64,000 nt of DNA from a virus: positions 32,001-96,000 of IMG/VR virus record IMGVR_UViG_3300036832_000855; one strand, 5' to 3'. A model generated the notes under the pieces. That model was not told where the DNA came from. It saw nothing but the letters and a program-made list of their open reading frames with translations, and did no database searches. Shown piece after piece: positions 1 to 9,337 of this stretch. A program made the position numbers and the translations under genes. The first letter of the stretch is position 1. The number at the start of each line of letters is the position of its first letter.

Positions 1-2
1 GC

Positions 3-299
3 GGCGCCACGAAGAACCTGGAGCTAGACCACGTTGATCCAGCCACCAAAGACCCGAAACTCAAGCGGGCTGCGAGCTGCACGATCTGGGGCTGGAGCGA
101 GGTTCGCCGCGCGACCGAGCTGGCGAAGTGCCAGGTGCTCTGCCAGCCATGCCACCGAGCCAAGAGCAGTCGGGAGCAGGCGGAGCGCCAACGCGCTCGT
201 CCAATCGTCCACGGCAGATACACGAGCTACACCGGGCGCCGCTGTCGCTGCGGTCTCTGCAGCGCAGCGATGCGCGCGTACCAGCGAGAGCACCGCTAG
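3..299 (+). CDS. HNH endonuclease, C-terminal part (5' end outside window), with a C-terminal HG..Y..CRC..C zinc-binding tail
   Basis: Frame 3 translated by hand (absent from ORF track): ...LELDHVDPATK...KCQVLCQPCHRAK...HGRYTSYTGRRCRCGLC..., TAG at 297-299; convergent with terminase. Confidence 0.8.
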   Translation, partial: GATKNLELDHVDPATKDPKLKRAASCTIWGWSEVRRATELAKCQVLCQPCHRAKSSREQAERQRARPIVHGRYTSYTGRRCRCGLCSAAMRAYQREHR

Positions 300-301
300 C
301 C

Positions 302-2065
302 CTACTCGTCGTAGTCGTAGCCGTCCTCGTACCCGTTCGCGTAGCCGTTGGCCTGCCCGTCGTGAAGCTGGTAGTCGCCGTCGCTGCGGCCCGGGCTGTA
401 CTCCATCGTCTCGGGGTCGCGCAGCGTCGAGCGCTCGAACCCCAGCTCGGTCATCTCGTCGATCGAGGTGATCTCCTCGTGGTCGACCTGCTGGCGGATC
501 CACCAGCACTCGTTCGCGACGATCGCGTACGTGAGCGCCTGCATCCAGTCGTCGGGCCCGTCGGCGCGATAGCGCACGTACACCCGGCCGACGTCGTTCT
601 GTTCCACCGAGCGAACGTTCGAGCACATCTGCGCCACGAAGTCCGACGGCAGATCCTGCGGCAGGTACTCGCGCTGCGCGCGGATGCGCTCCTGGGCGGC
701 GTCGATCGCCTCGGTGCGGCGGACGCTGGCGCGGCGCTGCTGGTCGTCGACCGAGAGCACGTCACGCTGGGTCTCGGTGCCGTAGCTGATGATGTACACC
801 CGCCCGGCGAAGCGGTTCGCGAACGCCTGCGCCAGCCGGTTCTCGGGCAGGTGGTCGATCCCGGCCATGACCACCCGGAAGCGGTCCATCAGCTTCGCCA
901 GCTCCTCGAAGCTGTCGACCAGGCCGAGGTACAGGCAGCGGCCCTGCGTCTCGGACGCCTGCTCGGAGACCCACACGTTCAGCGCGCGCACGCTCGCGAC
1001 GTCGACACCCATGATCACCGGCTTGGTGCCCTCGTAGCCGGTGAACTGCGTGTAGCCGCGCTGCGCGGCGGCGATCATCGCCGGGGTCAGCCGGGCGCCC
1101 TCGGCCTCCCACGGCTCGCCCAGGTCGCGGTTGAAGAACACCTGGCGCCGGTAGGCGACCTGCTCGCGTGACGCGGCGATGAGCGAGCTGACGACGTTCT
1201 CGCTCGGGAGGATCAGCTTGGTGACGTGGTAGCCGCGGGCGCGCCGGTCCGGGTGGGAGGCGACCCACTCGCCGTGAACGACGTTGAGCGGCCCCTTGCG
1301 GCACTTGCGGCAGATCCGGATCTCGCGCTCCAGGTCGATGTTGTCGGCCCACGTGAGCGCCTGCCATTCGCCGCAGCTCTCGCACTTGACTGTCCACTCA
1401 CGCTGGTCGGACTTGCGGTACTCCTTGTGGATCCCGTGGTCGGAGATGGTCGGAAAGCCGATCCGGCGGATCATCCCGAGCGAGTCCTGGCCGCCGACGC
1501 GGCGCTCGGCGATTGGGATGTGCGCCTGCACGAGCAGGTCGTGCTCGTCGAGGCACAGCGCGTCGGCGTCGATGGATTCGAGCCCGGCCTCGGCCTCGGA
1601 GCCGCGGAAGTAGATGATCCCCAGGCCGACTGACTTCAGCGTCTTGTTCTGCACGCTGGCGGGCGGCACGCGAGTCCTCAGGTACTCACCCAAGATAAGC
1701 GGCTTGATCCGGCCGTCCGAGAAGTCGAGCAACTGGCGCTCGCGGGGGAAGATGTAGAGCACGCGGGCGGCGTGCATGTCGGCCCAGCAGAGCGCCCACC
1801 GGACCAGCCAGGCGGAGATCCCGAGCTGCGTCGCCTTCATGACGACGACCTCCTTGTCGTCGAAGCCCTGCTCGTACAGCTCGCGCTGGAACGGCCAGCG
1901 CTCGAAGTTGAGCGGGCCCTTGGTCTCGGGCACCTTTACCGCCCATTCCAGGAAACTCGCACGCCGCTGCTCGTGCGCGGCGATGTCCGACTGCAGCGCG
2001 TCGAGGAACGCGTCGGTGACGGTCAGGCGGAAAGTCTCGCGCGGGTCAAGCCTTAGCGGTGACAC
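302..2065 (-). CDS. terL: Terminase large subunit (lambda gpA-like)
   Basis: VVVMKATQLGIS Walker A variant, LCLDEHD Walker B, GFPT coupling motif, CxxC pairs, GVDVAS nuclease motif. Confidence 0.92.
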   Translation of the reverse strand: MSPLRLDPRETFRLTVTDAFLDALQSDIAAHEQRRASFLEWAVKVPETKGPLNFERWPFQRELYEQGFDDKEVVVMKATQLGISAWLVRWALCWADMHAARVLYIFPRERQLLDFSDGRIKPLILGEYLRTRVPPASVQNKTLKSVGLGIIYFRGSEAEAGLESIDADALCLDEHDLLVQAHIPIAERRVGGQDSLGMIRRIGFPTISDHGIHKEYRKSDQREWTVKCESCGEWQALTWADNIDLEREIRICRKCRKGPLNVVHGEWVASHPDRRARGYHVTKLILPSENVVSSLIAASREQVAYRRQVFFNRDLGEPWEAEGARLTPAMIAAAQRGYTQFTGYEGTKPVIMGVDVASVRALNVWVSEQASETQGRCLYLGLVDSFEELAKLMDRFRVVMAGIDHLPENRLAQAFANRFAGRVYIISYGTETQRDVLSVDDQQRRASVRRTEAIDAAQERIRAQREYLPQDLPSDFVAQMCSNVRSVEQNDVGRVYVRYRADGPDDWMQALTYAIVANECWWIRQQVDHEEITSIDEMTELGFERSTLRDPETMEYSPGRSDGDYQLHDGQANGYANGYEDGYDYDE

Positions 2066-2306
2066 TGGTGCTGAGCGCCCTCAGGTGGTACTCGCAGTAC
2101 GCCTCGCGCGGCGCGGCGCACTCGGTGCAGCTCGCCCAGTCGCACTTCTTGAACATCGTGCGGCGGCGGCGCTCGGGCGTCCGGCGGCGCTCCTCCTTGC
2201 CATCGTCGATCTCCGCGGCGATCGAGGCGAACAGGCTCCGGTGCGTCTCGCAGAAGCGCGAGCCGTTGGCGCGCTCAAGCGGACAGTGTGGGCTGCTGCA
2301 CCGCAT
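2046..2306 (-). CDS. Small Cys/His-rich protein with two C-x4-C...C-x2-H motifs
   Basis: CSSPHC...FCETH and CDWASC...YCEYH; lies between the terminase subunits. Confidence 0.6.
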   Translation of the reverse strand: MRCSSPHCPLERANGSRFCETHRSLFASIAAEIDDGKEERRRTPERRRRTMFKKCDWASCTECAAPREAYCEYHLRALSTSVTAKA

Positions 2307-2844
2307 CGGCCCTCAGCGTGTCCAGGATCGCGCGTTTCATGTCCGGGGTGGCACCCTGCTCGGTCAGGACGGTCACGAGCTTGACGGCGAGCGTCTGGAC
2401 GTCCAGCTCCAGGCGCAGGGTGCCGAGGTCGTGCGGCAGGATGCCGGTGGCCTGCATCAGCTCGGCCGTGCGCGTCAGCGCGCTGAGCTGCGCGTTGATC
2501 GCCGCGATCTTCGTCGCGTCAGCCGCCGACTCGTCGGCCACCTCGGCGAGCTGCTCGATCCAGCTCTCCAGCCGGTCGAGCATCGAGTGCACGATCGCGA
2601 TCGGGTCGCGGCCCTGGTAGGTCGACTGGTTGTCGGCGCGCCACGCCGAGTAGACGTTCCTGCAGGCCGCGACGGTCAGGTTGTACTTCTCGGCCAGGTA
2701 CGCCCAGCTCTGGCCGCGCAGCCGGTCGCGCACCAGCTCGGCGTTGCGCTCCTCGCGCTCCTCGTCGGTCAGCCCCGGCTTGCGCCCGCGCTTGCGCAGG
2801 TGACGCTCGGTCAGGTCGTCAATCGAGCGGCCGTCCTCGTCCAC
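2275..2844 (-). CDS. terS: Putative terminase small subunit (HTH plus helical oligomerisation region)
   Basis: HTH-like GQSWAYLAEKYNLTVAACRNVY; upstream of terL; leaderless start (TACGAT-N6-GTG). Confidence 0.65.
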   Translation of the reverse strand: MDEDGRSIDDLTERHLRKRGRKPGLTDEEREERNAELVRDRLRGQSWAYLAEKYNLTVAACRNVYSAWRADNQSTYQGRDPIAIVHSMLDRLESWIEQLAEVADESAADATKIAAINAQLSALTRTAELMQATGILPHDLGTLRLELDVQTLAVKLVTVLTEQGATPDMKRAILDTLRADAVQQPTLSA

Positions 2845-2868
2845 GGCCGCATCGTACCGGCGCTCAGA

Positions 2869-3189
2869 TCACCACCGGGAGGCGAGCCATGTGTCGCGCT
2901 CGGCAAGCCGCTCGCGCTCGCGCTTGCCGCGGTCGGCCGTGAGGTCGACGCCGATGCCGCAGCGCAGGCACATGCCGCGGGGCGCGTCGTGCCCGAACAT
3001 GGCGCACGTCTGGGTCTTCGCGCCCGGACGTGGCATGCCCTGCCTGCGCAGCGCGAAGTAGTACGACAGCGTCTGGTACACGTCCAGCGCGCGCTCGTCG
3101 TAGTCGCCGAAGTCGGCGATCTCGGCGCGCAGCTCCTCGAACGGGTCCTCTTCCTTCTCCTGCGCCGACGGCTGCTCGGGCTCGGTCAG
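2869..3189 (-). CDS. Hypothetical protein (start uncertain)
   Basis: Protein-like C-terminal part of ORF 2869..3360 with C..GH....CxxC. Confidence 0.5.
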   Translation of the reverse strand: MTEPEQPSAQEKEEDPFEELRAEIADFGDYDERALDVYQTLSYYFALRRQGMPRPGAKTQTCAMFGHDAPRGMCLRCGIGVDLTADRGKRERERLAERDTWLASRW

Positions 3190-3458
3190 AACGGGGGCTC
3201 TTCCTCCGCGCGCGTGCGCGTGGTCGTCTCGATGCGGGTGCGGATCGCAGGCCCCCAGTTCCGGACGGGCACGGGGCGCCAGACGCCCTCCGTGTCCCCC
3301 GCCACCTCCTTGGCTGCGTCGAGACGAGACGTGGCGCTGGCGCTGCCACTCTCGACCCACGCCACGACAGCCTCGTCTGTAGCCGGATCCTTCAGCTCGC
3401 GCTGAGCAAGCACCGTGTACTCGGTCGCCGCTGACACTCGTTCCTTGGCCGTGGCCAT
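3186..3458 (-). CDS. Hypothetical protein with acidic ...EEEPPF C-terminus
   Basis: ATG at 3458 preceded by CGACCCGAGGAGG. Confidence 0.7.
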   Translation of the reverse strand: MATAKERVSAATEYTVLAQRELKDPATDEAVVAWVESGSASATSRLDAAKEVAGDTEGVWRPVPVRNWGPAIRTRIETTTRTRAEEEPPF

Positions 3459-3493
3459 GTCCAGCCTCCTCGGGTCGGGTTGTACCGGGAAGA

Positions 3494-3712
3494 CTACGCG
3501 TCCTCGCGGACGGCGTGGTCCTGCCGGTTGGGCTGCGCCAGTGACGGCCGGTACGTCGGCTTGCGCCGGGGTGGCGCCTCTGGCGGCGGGCCCCAGTACT
3601 CGCGCTCCTCCGGTGTCATCTGGCGGATCGTGAGCAGCCCCTCTTCCTGCTGGCGGCGGATCCGCTCCAGCGCGGCCTCGTGCGCCAGCCTGGCGCGCTC
3701 CGCGCGATGCAT
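3494..3712 (-). CDS. Hypothetical protein
   Basis: Operonic spacing, protein-like composition. Confidence 0.55.
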   Translation of the reverse strand: MHRAERARLAHEAALERIRRQQEEGLLTIRQMTPEEREYWGPPPEAPPRRKPTYRPSLAQPNRQDHAVREDA

Positions 3713-3715
3713 AGG

Positions 3716-4051
3716 TCAGCTCGCCGTTGTCGCCTTCTTGCGCCGCCGCTTCTTGGGCGGGGGCGGCTCCGGTTCGCGACTGCGGCGCCGGTTGCGCTCG
3801 ACCCAGGTGCCCATCCTCTCGATGTCCCTGCGGTACCACACCGGCGTGGCCTGCAAATGTGCCGCCGTCGGCGGCATCAGGCCGCGTTTGATCCAGCGCC
3901 CGATGCGCGGCCGCTCGACGCCCAGCAGCTTCGCGACCTCGGCCGTTCCGACGATGTCGAGTTGCCTGACCGCACGCGGCTGCCTGGGTGGACCGATCGG
4001 TGGCTCAGCCCCGTTTTCCTTGCTCATCCCGCTCCCCTTCGTGGTCGTCAT
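3716..4051 (-). CDS. MerR/excisionase-like HTH DNA-binding protein
   Basis: VGTAEVAKLLGVERPRIGRWIKRGLMP...PVWYRRDIE; palindromic operator-like site directly upstream (4068-4082). Confidence 0.8.
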   Translation of the reverse strand: MTTTKGSGMSKENGAEPPIGPPRQPRAVRQLDIVGTAEVAKLLGVERPRIGRWIKRGLMPPTAAHLQATPVWYRRDIERMGTWVERNRRRSREPEPPPPKKRRRKKATTAS

Positions 4052-4061
4052 TATTCCCTCC

Positions 4062-4082
4062 AGGGTAGCACACGAAGTGCGT
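4062..4082 (-). promoter_or_regulatory. Palindrome GCACAC-GAA-GTGCGT abutting extended -10 (TGcTACCCT) for the HTH gene
   Basis: Matches the repeated cassette motif. Confidence 0.6.
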
Positions 4083-4366
4083 TATCGGTCGAGCCGTCGG
4101 CGGATTGCATCGAGCGTCGGGCACACCCACCTACCGGCGGTGCAGCCCGCGCCCATGGCGGCGATCTCAGCACGCGTCGTGCGCACCGTGATTCCGCACC
4201 GGCAGTCGCGCGCGCGGGGCGAGGCCAGCTCCTCGCGAATGATCGTCGCGAGCTTCGAGCTGGCTTCCTTCTGGCGCTTGCGCTCCGCTTCCCGCCGGGC
4301 GCGTTCGAGCTGGCGGTGGCGGGCGCGCGCGGCTTGCTCCTCCGCGCGCGGATCCGCCGCCATCAT
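4082..4366 (-). CDS. Hypothetical Cys-containing protein
   Basis: ATGA-coupled to upstream gene; CRCG...C...CP. Confidence 0.55.
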   Translation of the reverse strand: MMAADPRAEEQAARARHRQLERARREAERKRQKEASSKLATIIREELASPRARDCRCGITVRTTRAEIAAMGAGCTAGRWVCPTLDAIRRRLDR

Positions 4367-4854
4367 GCGGATGCTTCGATCGCCTCGCGAACAGCAACCG
4401 CGAGGTCGAACGTCCACTCCTCTTCGAGTGCCCGCTGCCGGTTGCTCAGCTCCGAGATCTCTCGGCGTAACTGCACCAGCTCGCCGCGGGCCTCCTCCGT
4501 CATGTCGCCGCGGTAAACGGCCGATGCCCGGTATCCGGACGACGGGAGCTGCTCGGTGTCGCCGTCGAAGACCGCGAGCACGTTGCCGGTGCCCGCGTGG
4601 AACCCGGTCGCGGTGCCCCGCTCGAACGACGTGAAGCGGTCCGTCAGCCGGTAGAACGGCACGTTGGTCTTCACCTTGCGCTGCCGGACTTGCGGCTTCG
4701 CCCGCTCGATGGCCTCGCTGAACGTGCCGCTGTTCGCGAGCGCTCGCGCGTCCTCGTCTTCAGCATGCCCGCGCAGGAACACCTCGAAGGTGCCGCCGGT
4801 GCTCACATGGACCTCACACGGCACGGTGAGGATTTCGACTTCTGTCAGTTTCAC
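4363..4854 (-). CDS. Hypothetical protein
   Basis: GTG at 4854 preceded by GACCGAGGAG. Confidence 0.7.
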   Translation of the reverse strand: MKLTEVEILTVPCEVHVSTGGTFEVFLRGHAEDEDARALANSGTFSEAIERAKPQVRQRKVKTNVPFYRLTDRFTSFERGTATGFHAGTGNVLAVFDGDTEQLPSSGYRASAVYRGDMTEEARGELVQLRREISELSNRQRALEEEWTFDLAVAVREAIEASA

Positions 4855-4889
4855 TGCTGTACTCCTCGGTCTAGGGGTTGCCGCGAGCG

Positions 4890-4927
4890 ATGATAGCACA
4901 CACGGTGCACACGATGTGTGCTACAAT
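4890..4927. promoter_or_regulatory. Overlapping divergent promoters with two overlapping palindromes (4896-4910, 4907-4921)
   Basis: + strand TGcTACAAT (4922-4927); - strand TGcTATCAT; perfect GCACAC-GAT-GTGTGC. Confidence 0.75.
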
Positions 4928-4977
4928 GTAAGTGCGCCCGGAGAAGGCGCGCTCCCCCCGACCGAGGAGGTACTGAA

Positions 4978-5637
4978 GTGGAAGTCATCCGGAGAACCAA
5001 CCCGGGTGCCTATCGTCAACCCCGCTGGCACTACGCTGCCGACGCAGAGTCTACACGCACGATGTGCGGTAAGGACGTCGCCGAGATCAAGGGCGATCGT
5101 CGAGGCTCGTGGAACCGGCCGCGGATCGAGCGCAAGGACGAGGCGGACCGCGGCTACAGCGGGATCTGCGCCGTCTGCACGCGCAAGGCGCACGGCGGCG
5201 GCGGCTCGGTGAAGCTCACCGTGGCCGACATGAAGGCGCTCGTCGCACGCGCGGCTGAGGCTGGCGAGAAGGCATACCGGGACGCGATCCCGACCCCGAT
5301 GGTGGTCTACACCCCGAAGAACATGATGGCCTCCCTGATGGGCGGCGATGATGGCGGGGCCGACCCCAACGAGCCGGTGTACAACGTCCCCGAGGGCGTG
5401 TGCGGCACGGCCTGGGTCAACATCAAGCCCGGCGGCTCACGGTTCGCCCGGTTCATCCTGAAGGAAGGGCTGGGCCGGTCCGACAGTTACCGAGGTGGGG
5501 TGAACCTCTCGCCCGCGAAAATCTGCGGCGACAGAGGCTCACAGTCACTCACCCGCTGGGAAGCAGCGGCCCACGCGATCGCGGATGTGCTCCGCGACGG
5601 CGGGATCACCGCCTACAGCGAGTCGTGGATGACATGA
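4978..5637 (+). CDS. Hypothetical phage protein
   Basis: GTG at 4978 after CCGACCGAGGAGG; first gene of rightward early operon. Confidence 0.75.
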   Translation: MEVIRRTNPGAYRQPRWHYAADAESTRTMCGKDVAEIKGDRRGSWNRPRIERKDEADRGYSGICAVCTRKAHGGGGSVKLTVADMKALVARAAEAGEKAYRDAIPTPMVVYTPKNMMASLMGGDDGGADPNEPVYNVPEGVCGTAWVNIKPGGSRFARFILKEGLGRSDSYRGGVNLSPAKICGDRGSQSLTRWEAAAHAIADVLRDGGITAYSESWMT

Positions 5638-5843
5638 CCGTGACCAGACGGCGCCAACCACGTAAGCGGATCGTGGGCGAGCACTTCCGAGAGGACGGCT
5701 CGCCCAAGCGCCGCTTCGCCACCGAGCGCGAGGCTCGTGAGTACGTCGAGACCTTCGGCTACCACTGCTCGGTCTACCCGTGTTCGTTCGCGGGCTGCAA
5801 CGGCTACCACCTCGGCACGCGCCGGGGACCGAGGCTGTTCTGA
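5634..5843 (+). CDS. Small protein with KRRF...A....YxC..C..YH zinc-finger-like motif
   Basis: ATGA coupling; motif. Confidence 0.6.
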   Translation: MTVTRRRQPRKRIVGEHFREDGSPKRRFATEREAREYVETFGYHCSVYPCSFAGCNGYHLGTRRGPRLF

Positions 5844-6151
5844 TGAACCGCAACTACTCGCTGATCAAGGTCAGCCAAGGCGACTACCTGCTGCCGTCGA
5901 ACGACGGCCAGACGCTCTGGCGGATCCGCCGCTACCAGGACGGCCCCTCGTACGGGCTGGAGGAGTGGCCCGCCGACCGCGACTTCTGGGGCGCGTGGAA
6001 GTACACCGGGCGCATCCGCTGGCGCGGCGGACTCGATACCGAGGCGTATGAAGACCTCATCTACTCGGACGCCTGGGATGGGCCGGTGGACTGGCAGTCC
6101 ACGACGCGCGCCGAGGCGATCGCCGCGGCGCTGAGGGGGGGAGCCCGATGA
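5843..6151 (+). CDS. Hypothetical protein
   Basis: TGATG coupling. Confidence 0.6.
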   Translation: MNRNYSLIKVSQGDYLLPSNDGQTLWRIRRYQDGPSYGLEEWPADRDFWGAWKYTGRIRWRGGLDTEAYEDLIYSDAWDGPVDWQSTTRAEAIAAALRGGAR

Positions 6152-6795
6152 CCAGGCGAACCTGGGTCTGTCCCAACCCGAACCACAAGGGCGTTCTCGC
6201 CCCGGGGCGCATGCGTGCGGACGACGTCCGGCGCTACTGCTGGCCGTGCTCGCTTGAGGCCGGACGCCTCGTCCAGCGCCACGCCCCGGCGCTTGAGCGC
6301 AAGCGCGAGCAGGCCAAGACCGCGCGAGCTGCACGAGCCACGCGCGAGCGCGAGCGCGCCCGTGAGACGAAGACGGCGCGCGAGACCATCGACGGCGTCA
6401 ACGTCGGCAAGGAGATCGCGCGGCTGATCAAGCTGCCCGCTCTGCGCGACGAGCTACCGTCCTACCTGCGCGGGCGCAAAGTCGACTGGACCCTGCACCG
6501 CACCAGCAACGGGCGCTACAGCGGGCGCGCGTGGCCTCGCGACAGGATCCACCTGAGCCTCGGCAGCGTCAGCGCCGCGGAGGTCAAGGCGATCCTCTGC
6601 CACGAGCTGGCGCACTACGTGCTGCCCGGTGGCACCAACCACGACGGGCGCTGGGAGCGCTGCTACGCGCGGGCGGTCCGAGAGGCCTACGGCGTCGACG
6701 TCCAGGCGCGGCCCGGCGAGAGCAAGTACGCGCTCGACCGGCGCGTAATCCAGGCGCTCGGCGGCACCGGCGAGCATCGGATCGAGGACGAGTGA
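6148..6795 (+). CDS. SprT-like zinc metalloprotease domain protein
   Basis: ILCHELAH (HExxH) followed by NHDGRW; N-terminal Cys motifs. Confidence 0.7.
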   Translation: MTRRTWVCPNPNHKGVLAPGRMRADDVRRYCWPCSLEAGRLVQRHAPALERKREQAKTARAARATRERERARETKTARETIDGVNVGKEIARLIKLPALRDELPSYLRGRKVDWTLHRTSNGRYSGRAWPRDRIHLSLGSVSAAEVKAILCHELAHYVLPGGTNHDGRWERCYARAVREAYGVDVQARPGESKYALDRRVIQALGGTGEHRIEDE

Positions 6796-7067
6796 TGGCC
6801 AGCCGCGAACAAATCAAGGTGCAGATGCCGATCCGCTGGAAGAGGCTGGCGACCAAGTCCCGGCGCCGAGTCGACGCGCTGCTGCACACGATCACGATCG
6901 CGCAGCTCGGCGCCGACCTCGACGTCAGGGCGCTGCGCAACGTCCTGATCGCGGAGCTGGAGAGCTGCCTGTACCACGAGGCGCGCGCCAGCGGCGACGA
7001 GCACCAGGCCGCGCTGCGCAAGAGCCGCGAGGGACGCGAGCAGGTCGACGCGCTCGCGGGCTGGTGA
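6795..7067 (+). CDS. Hypothetical protein
   Basis: TGATG coupling. Confidence 0.55.
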   Translation: MASREQIKVQMPIRWKRLATKSRRRVDALLHTITIAQLGADLDVRALRNVLIAELESCLYHEARASGDEHQAALRKSREGREQVDALAGW

Positions 7068-7261
7068 TGCGTCGCTCTGTCGCGGTCGCCGCGATGCTCG
7101 CGGCCGTGGCCCTGCCCGGCGCGGGCAAGACCAAGGTCAAGCCCCGAGGCCGATCCGACGCGCCCGATCAGACGCTGGCGCTCGGCAGCCTGGCCGACGC
7201 GATCGAGGAGCTGCTCGCGGACGTCGTCGGTGACCGGACGTGGAACCGGCGCCTAAGATGA
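7064..7261 (+). CDS. Hypothetical protein
   Basis: Coupled to both neighbours. Confidence 0.45.
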   Translation: MMRRSVAVAAMLAAVALPGAGKTKVKPRGRSDAPDQTLALGSLADAIEELLADVVGDRTWNRRLR

Positions 7262-7644
7262 TCGACGAGCCCTGGTGGACGTGGTGGAACAAGGGCCAGC
7301 AGCGGTGGAGCGCACGCCTCGGGCGCTGGGTAATCGCGGGCCGTGGCCCGTATGACGGCCTGTACTGGGACGAGACCGGCGCGGAGATCACGTTCCCTGC
7401 CCTGCTCGACCTGCACTGGTTCAAGCGAGAGGTCGCGCCGGGCATCGTTCGCTGCCCGGTAATCGCGTGCATGGCATCCCAGCCTCGCCGGTACCCGCGA
7501 CCTCGCTCGGCGAGCGACCGAGCCCGGTACGCCGCCAGGCGGCGCGACGAAGGCTTGACCTACCGGGAGATCGCAGAGGAGATGGGCGTGACGAGGGAGC
7601 GAGTTCGCCAGCTCGTGATTGCCCGGGAGCTTGTGTGGCGATGA
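7258..7644 (+). CDS. Protein with C-terminal sigma-70 region-4-like HTH
   Basis: EGLTYREIAEEMGVTRERVRQL. Confidence 0.7.
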   Translation: MIDEPWWTWWNKGQQRWSARLGRWVIAGRGPYDGLYWDETGAEITFPALLDLHWFKREVAPGIVRCPVIACMASQPRRYPRPRSASDRARYAARRRDEGLTYREIAEEMGVTRERVRQLVIARELVWR

Positions 7645-7704
7645 ACCGGGGTGACTGGCGCCGGGCGTGGCGACCGGCGCCAGTCGTCTCCTCGGTACGA
7701 ACTT

Positions 7705-8229
7705 TCAGGCGACGGCTAGCTCCAGGTCGAGCTGGCCGTCTGCCGGTAGCGCGGACACTACCCACACCCGGATCTCCGCGCGCGCGGGCTCGCCGTAGCG
7801 CTTCTCGGCGCGGACGGTCGTGACCTGGCCGTCGTCGGCGTAGAGCACGCCAGTGAGCGCATCGAGCACGGCCCGCAGGTACTTATCGACGTCGGGCCGG
7901 ACGGCCGGGTGCGTCGGCGCCGACGCCTTGAGCAGGTGCGCGTTGCGGCCGGTGCCGAAGTGCCCGACGCCGCGCGGCTGGTAGAAGATCACCTCAACGC
8001 CGACGGGCTCGCCGCGGGCGATCCGGCCACCGGCCTGCTCGCGGGCCTCCAGCGCGCAGGTCGCGACGGCGTTCTCCCAGGTGCGGCCGCGGGCACCGGC
8101 GGCGTTGCGGGTCACGATCACCGGGTTGCCGTTCTTGCGCAGGACGAGCGAGCGGTCCTTGTGCTTCGCAGCGAACGACGTCGTCGAACCCTTCGTGACC
8201 GGCCTGCCAATGACCGTGAACTGGATCAC
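7705..8229 (-). CDS. rusA: RusA-family Holliday junction resolvase
   Basis: FTVIGRPVTKG start; RPDVDKYLRAVLDALTGVLYADDGQV; leaderless TAGACT-N6-GTG. Confidence 0.88.
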   Translation of the reverse strand: MIQFTVIGRPVTKGSTTSFAAKHKDRSLVLRKNGNPVIVTRNAAGARGRTWENAVATCALEAREQAGGRIARGEPVGVEVIFYQPRGVGHFGTGRNAHLLKASAPTHPAVRPDVDKYLRAVLDALTGVLYADDGQVTTVRAEKRYGEPARAEIRVWVVSALPADGQLDLELAVA

Positions 8230-8272
8230 ACCGTGAGTCTACGACCGGCCCCGGCGTACCGGGGCCAGTCGC

Positions 8273-9277
8273 TCAGCCCGCCAGTCGGTCCCTCGCGCGC
8301 CGAGCGTTCAGCCTCTCGATCGCGCGCGCCGCGTTCGCCTTCTCGTTCGGTGGCGCCGCCGGATCGGCCATGAGCCGCTCGCAGTCGACAATCTTCCGCT
8401 GGATCCCGAGATCGTCCATGTGCGCCATCGTGGTCGCCAGAGACGTCTCTGTCCACTTGTCCAGGATGTTGAGGTAGTCGAAGATCCGCACCGTGGTGCT
8501 CTGCGTCGTCTCCGACCAGTCCAGGTCCGGCAGGTCGTAGGACTCCAGCACCCGCACCGCCTCCATGATCGGGATCATCACGTCGTGGTACAGGTCCGTA
8601 TCCCCAGCCTTGCGCTTCGTGTACAGCTCGCGCAGCGGCTTGCCCGACTCCTTCTTCTGCTTCTTGGGCCGCAGCGGCGCCTCGACGCCGTGTACCCGTT
8701 CGACGGCTTCGATCGCGGTGCAGACCTCTCCGTAGCTGCCGTTGCTCAGTGTCTTGCCCGACAGACCCGCCTCCTCGACGGCTGCGGTGGGCCATTCGTC
8801 GGATTGCGCCTTCGATGTGGCAACGATCCTCTCCCGGTCCCACCCTCGCCGCGCCCGGTCACGAACCCACTCCTGTACCGCGGGCACGCGGGACAGTGAA
8901 GGCTTGCCCTCGGTGAACGTCGGCTCGGTCGGCTTCCTGGTCTTGGCCCTCTTCTTGGGCGCGGTCTTCGGCCTGTCCGCGCGCTTGGCCTTCTGGTAGG
9001 CCGTGTTCCATGCCGGACGATCGGCGTTATTACCTAGGTAATAACGCCATGCTTTCGCGCAAAAGACAACGTGAGGCTGGCCGTACGGCTTGCCGGTCCG
9101 CGTGTTGATCCACCCGGCCGCTACTTCCACCTGCGTCATCCCGCCGTCGAGTAGCCGAACGACTTCCTCCGCCTGCGCCCAGCGAGCGTCATCGGCGGAT
9201 CCCTCGGCCGCGGCGATCTCCTGCTCCAGCCTGTTCAGTTTCGCGGTCGCCTCGACCGCGCGTGTTTCCTCGTGCAT
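8273..9277 (-). CDS. Hypothetical protein with N-terminal HTH-like segment
   Basis: GMTQVEVAAGW...GQPHV; SD AGGAG; carries an internal 26-bp palindrome. Confidence 0.7.
   Translation of the reverse strand: MHEETRAVEATAKLNRLEQEIAAAEGSADDARWAQAEEVVRLLDGGMTQVEVAAGWINTRTGKPYGQPHVVFCAKAWRYYLGNNADRPAWNTAYQKAKRADRPKTAPKKRAKTRKPTEPTFTEGKPSLSRVPAVQEWVRDRARRGWDRERIVATSKAQSDEWPTAAVEEAGLSGKTLSNGSYGEVCTAIEAVERVHGVEAPLRPKKQKKESGKPLRELYTKRKAGDTDLYHDVMIPIMEAVRVLESYDLPDLDWSETTQSTTVRIFDYLNILDKWTETSLATTMAHMDDLGIQRKIVDCERLMADPAAPPNEKANAARAIERLNARRARDRLAG
9023..9048. repeat. Perfect 26-bp palindrome GGCGTTATTACCTAGGTAATAACGCC
   Basis: Identical to its own reverse complement; AT-rich in a GC-rich genome. Confidence 0.9.
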
Positions 9278-9337
9278 GTCTTCTCCTTATAGGACGAGCA
9301 GGGGCGAGCGCCCTAAGGCGCCCGCCCCGTAATGCTC

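Noticed and set aside
9023-9048. dif site or protelomerase target
   Set aside because: No resemblance to a XerC/D arm-spacer-arm layout and no protelomerase recognised in the window; kept only as an unexplained palindrome
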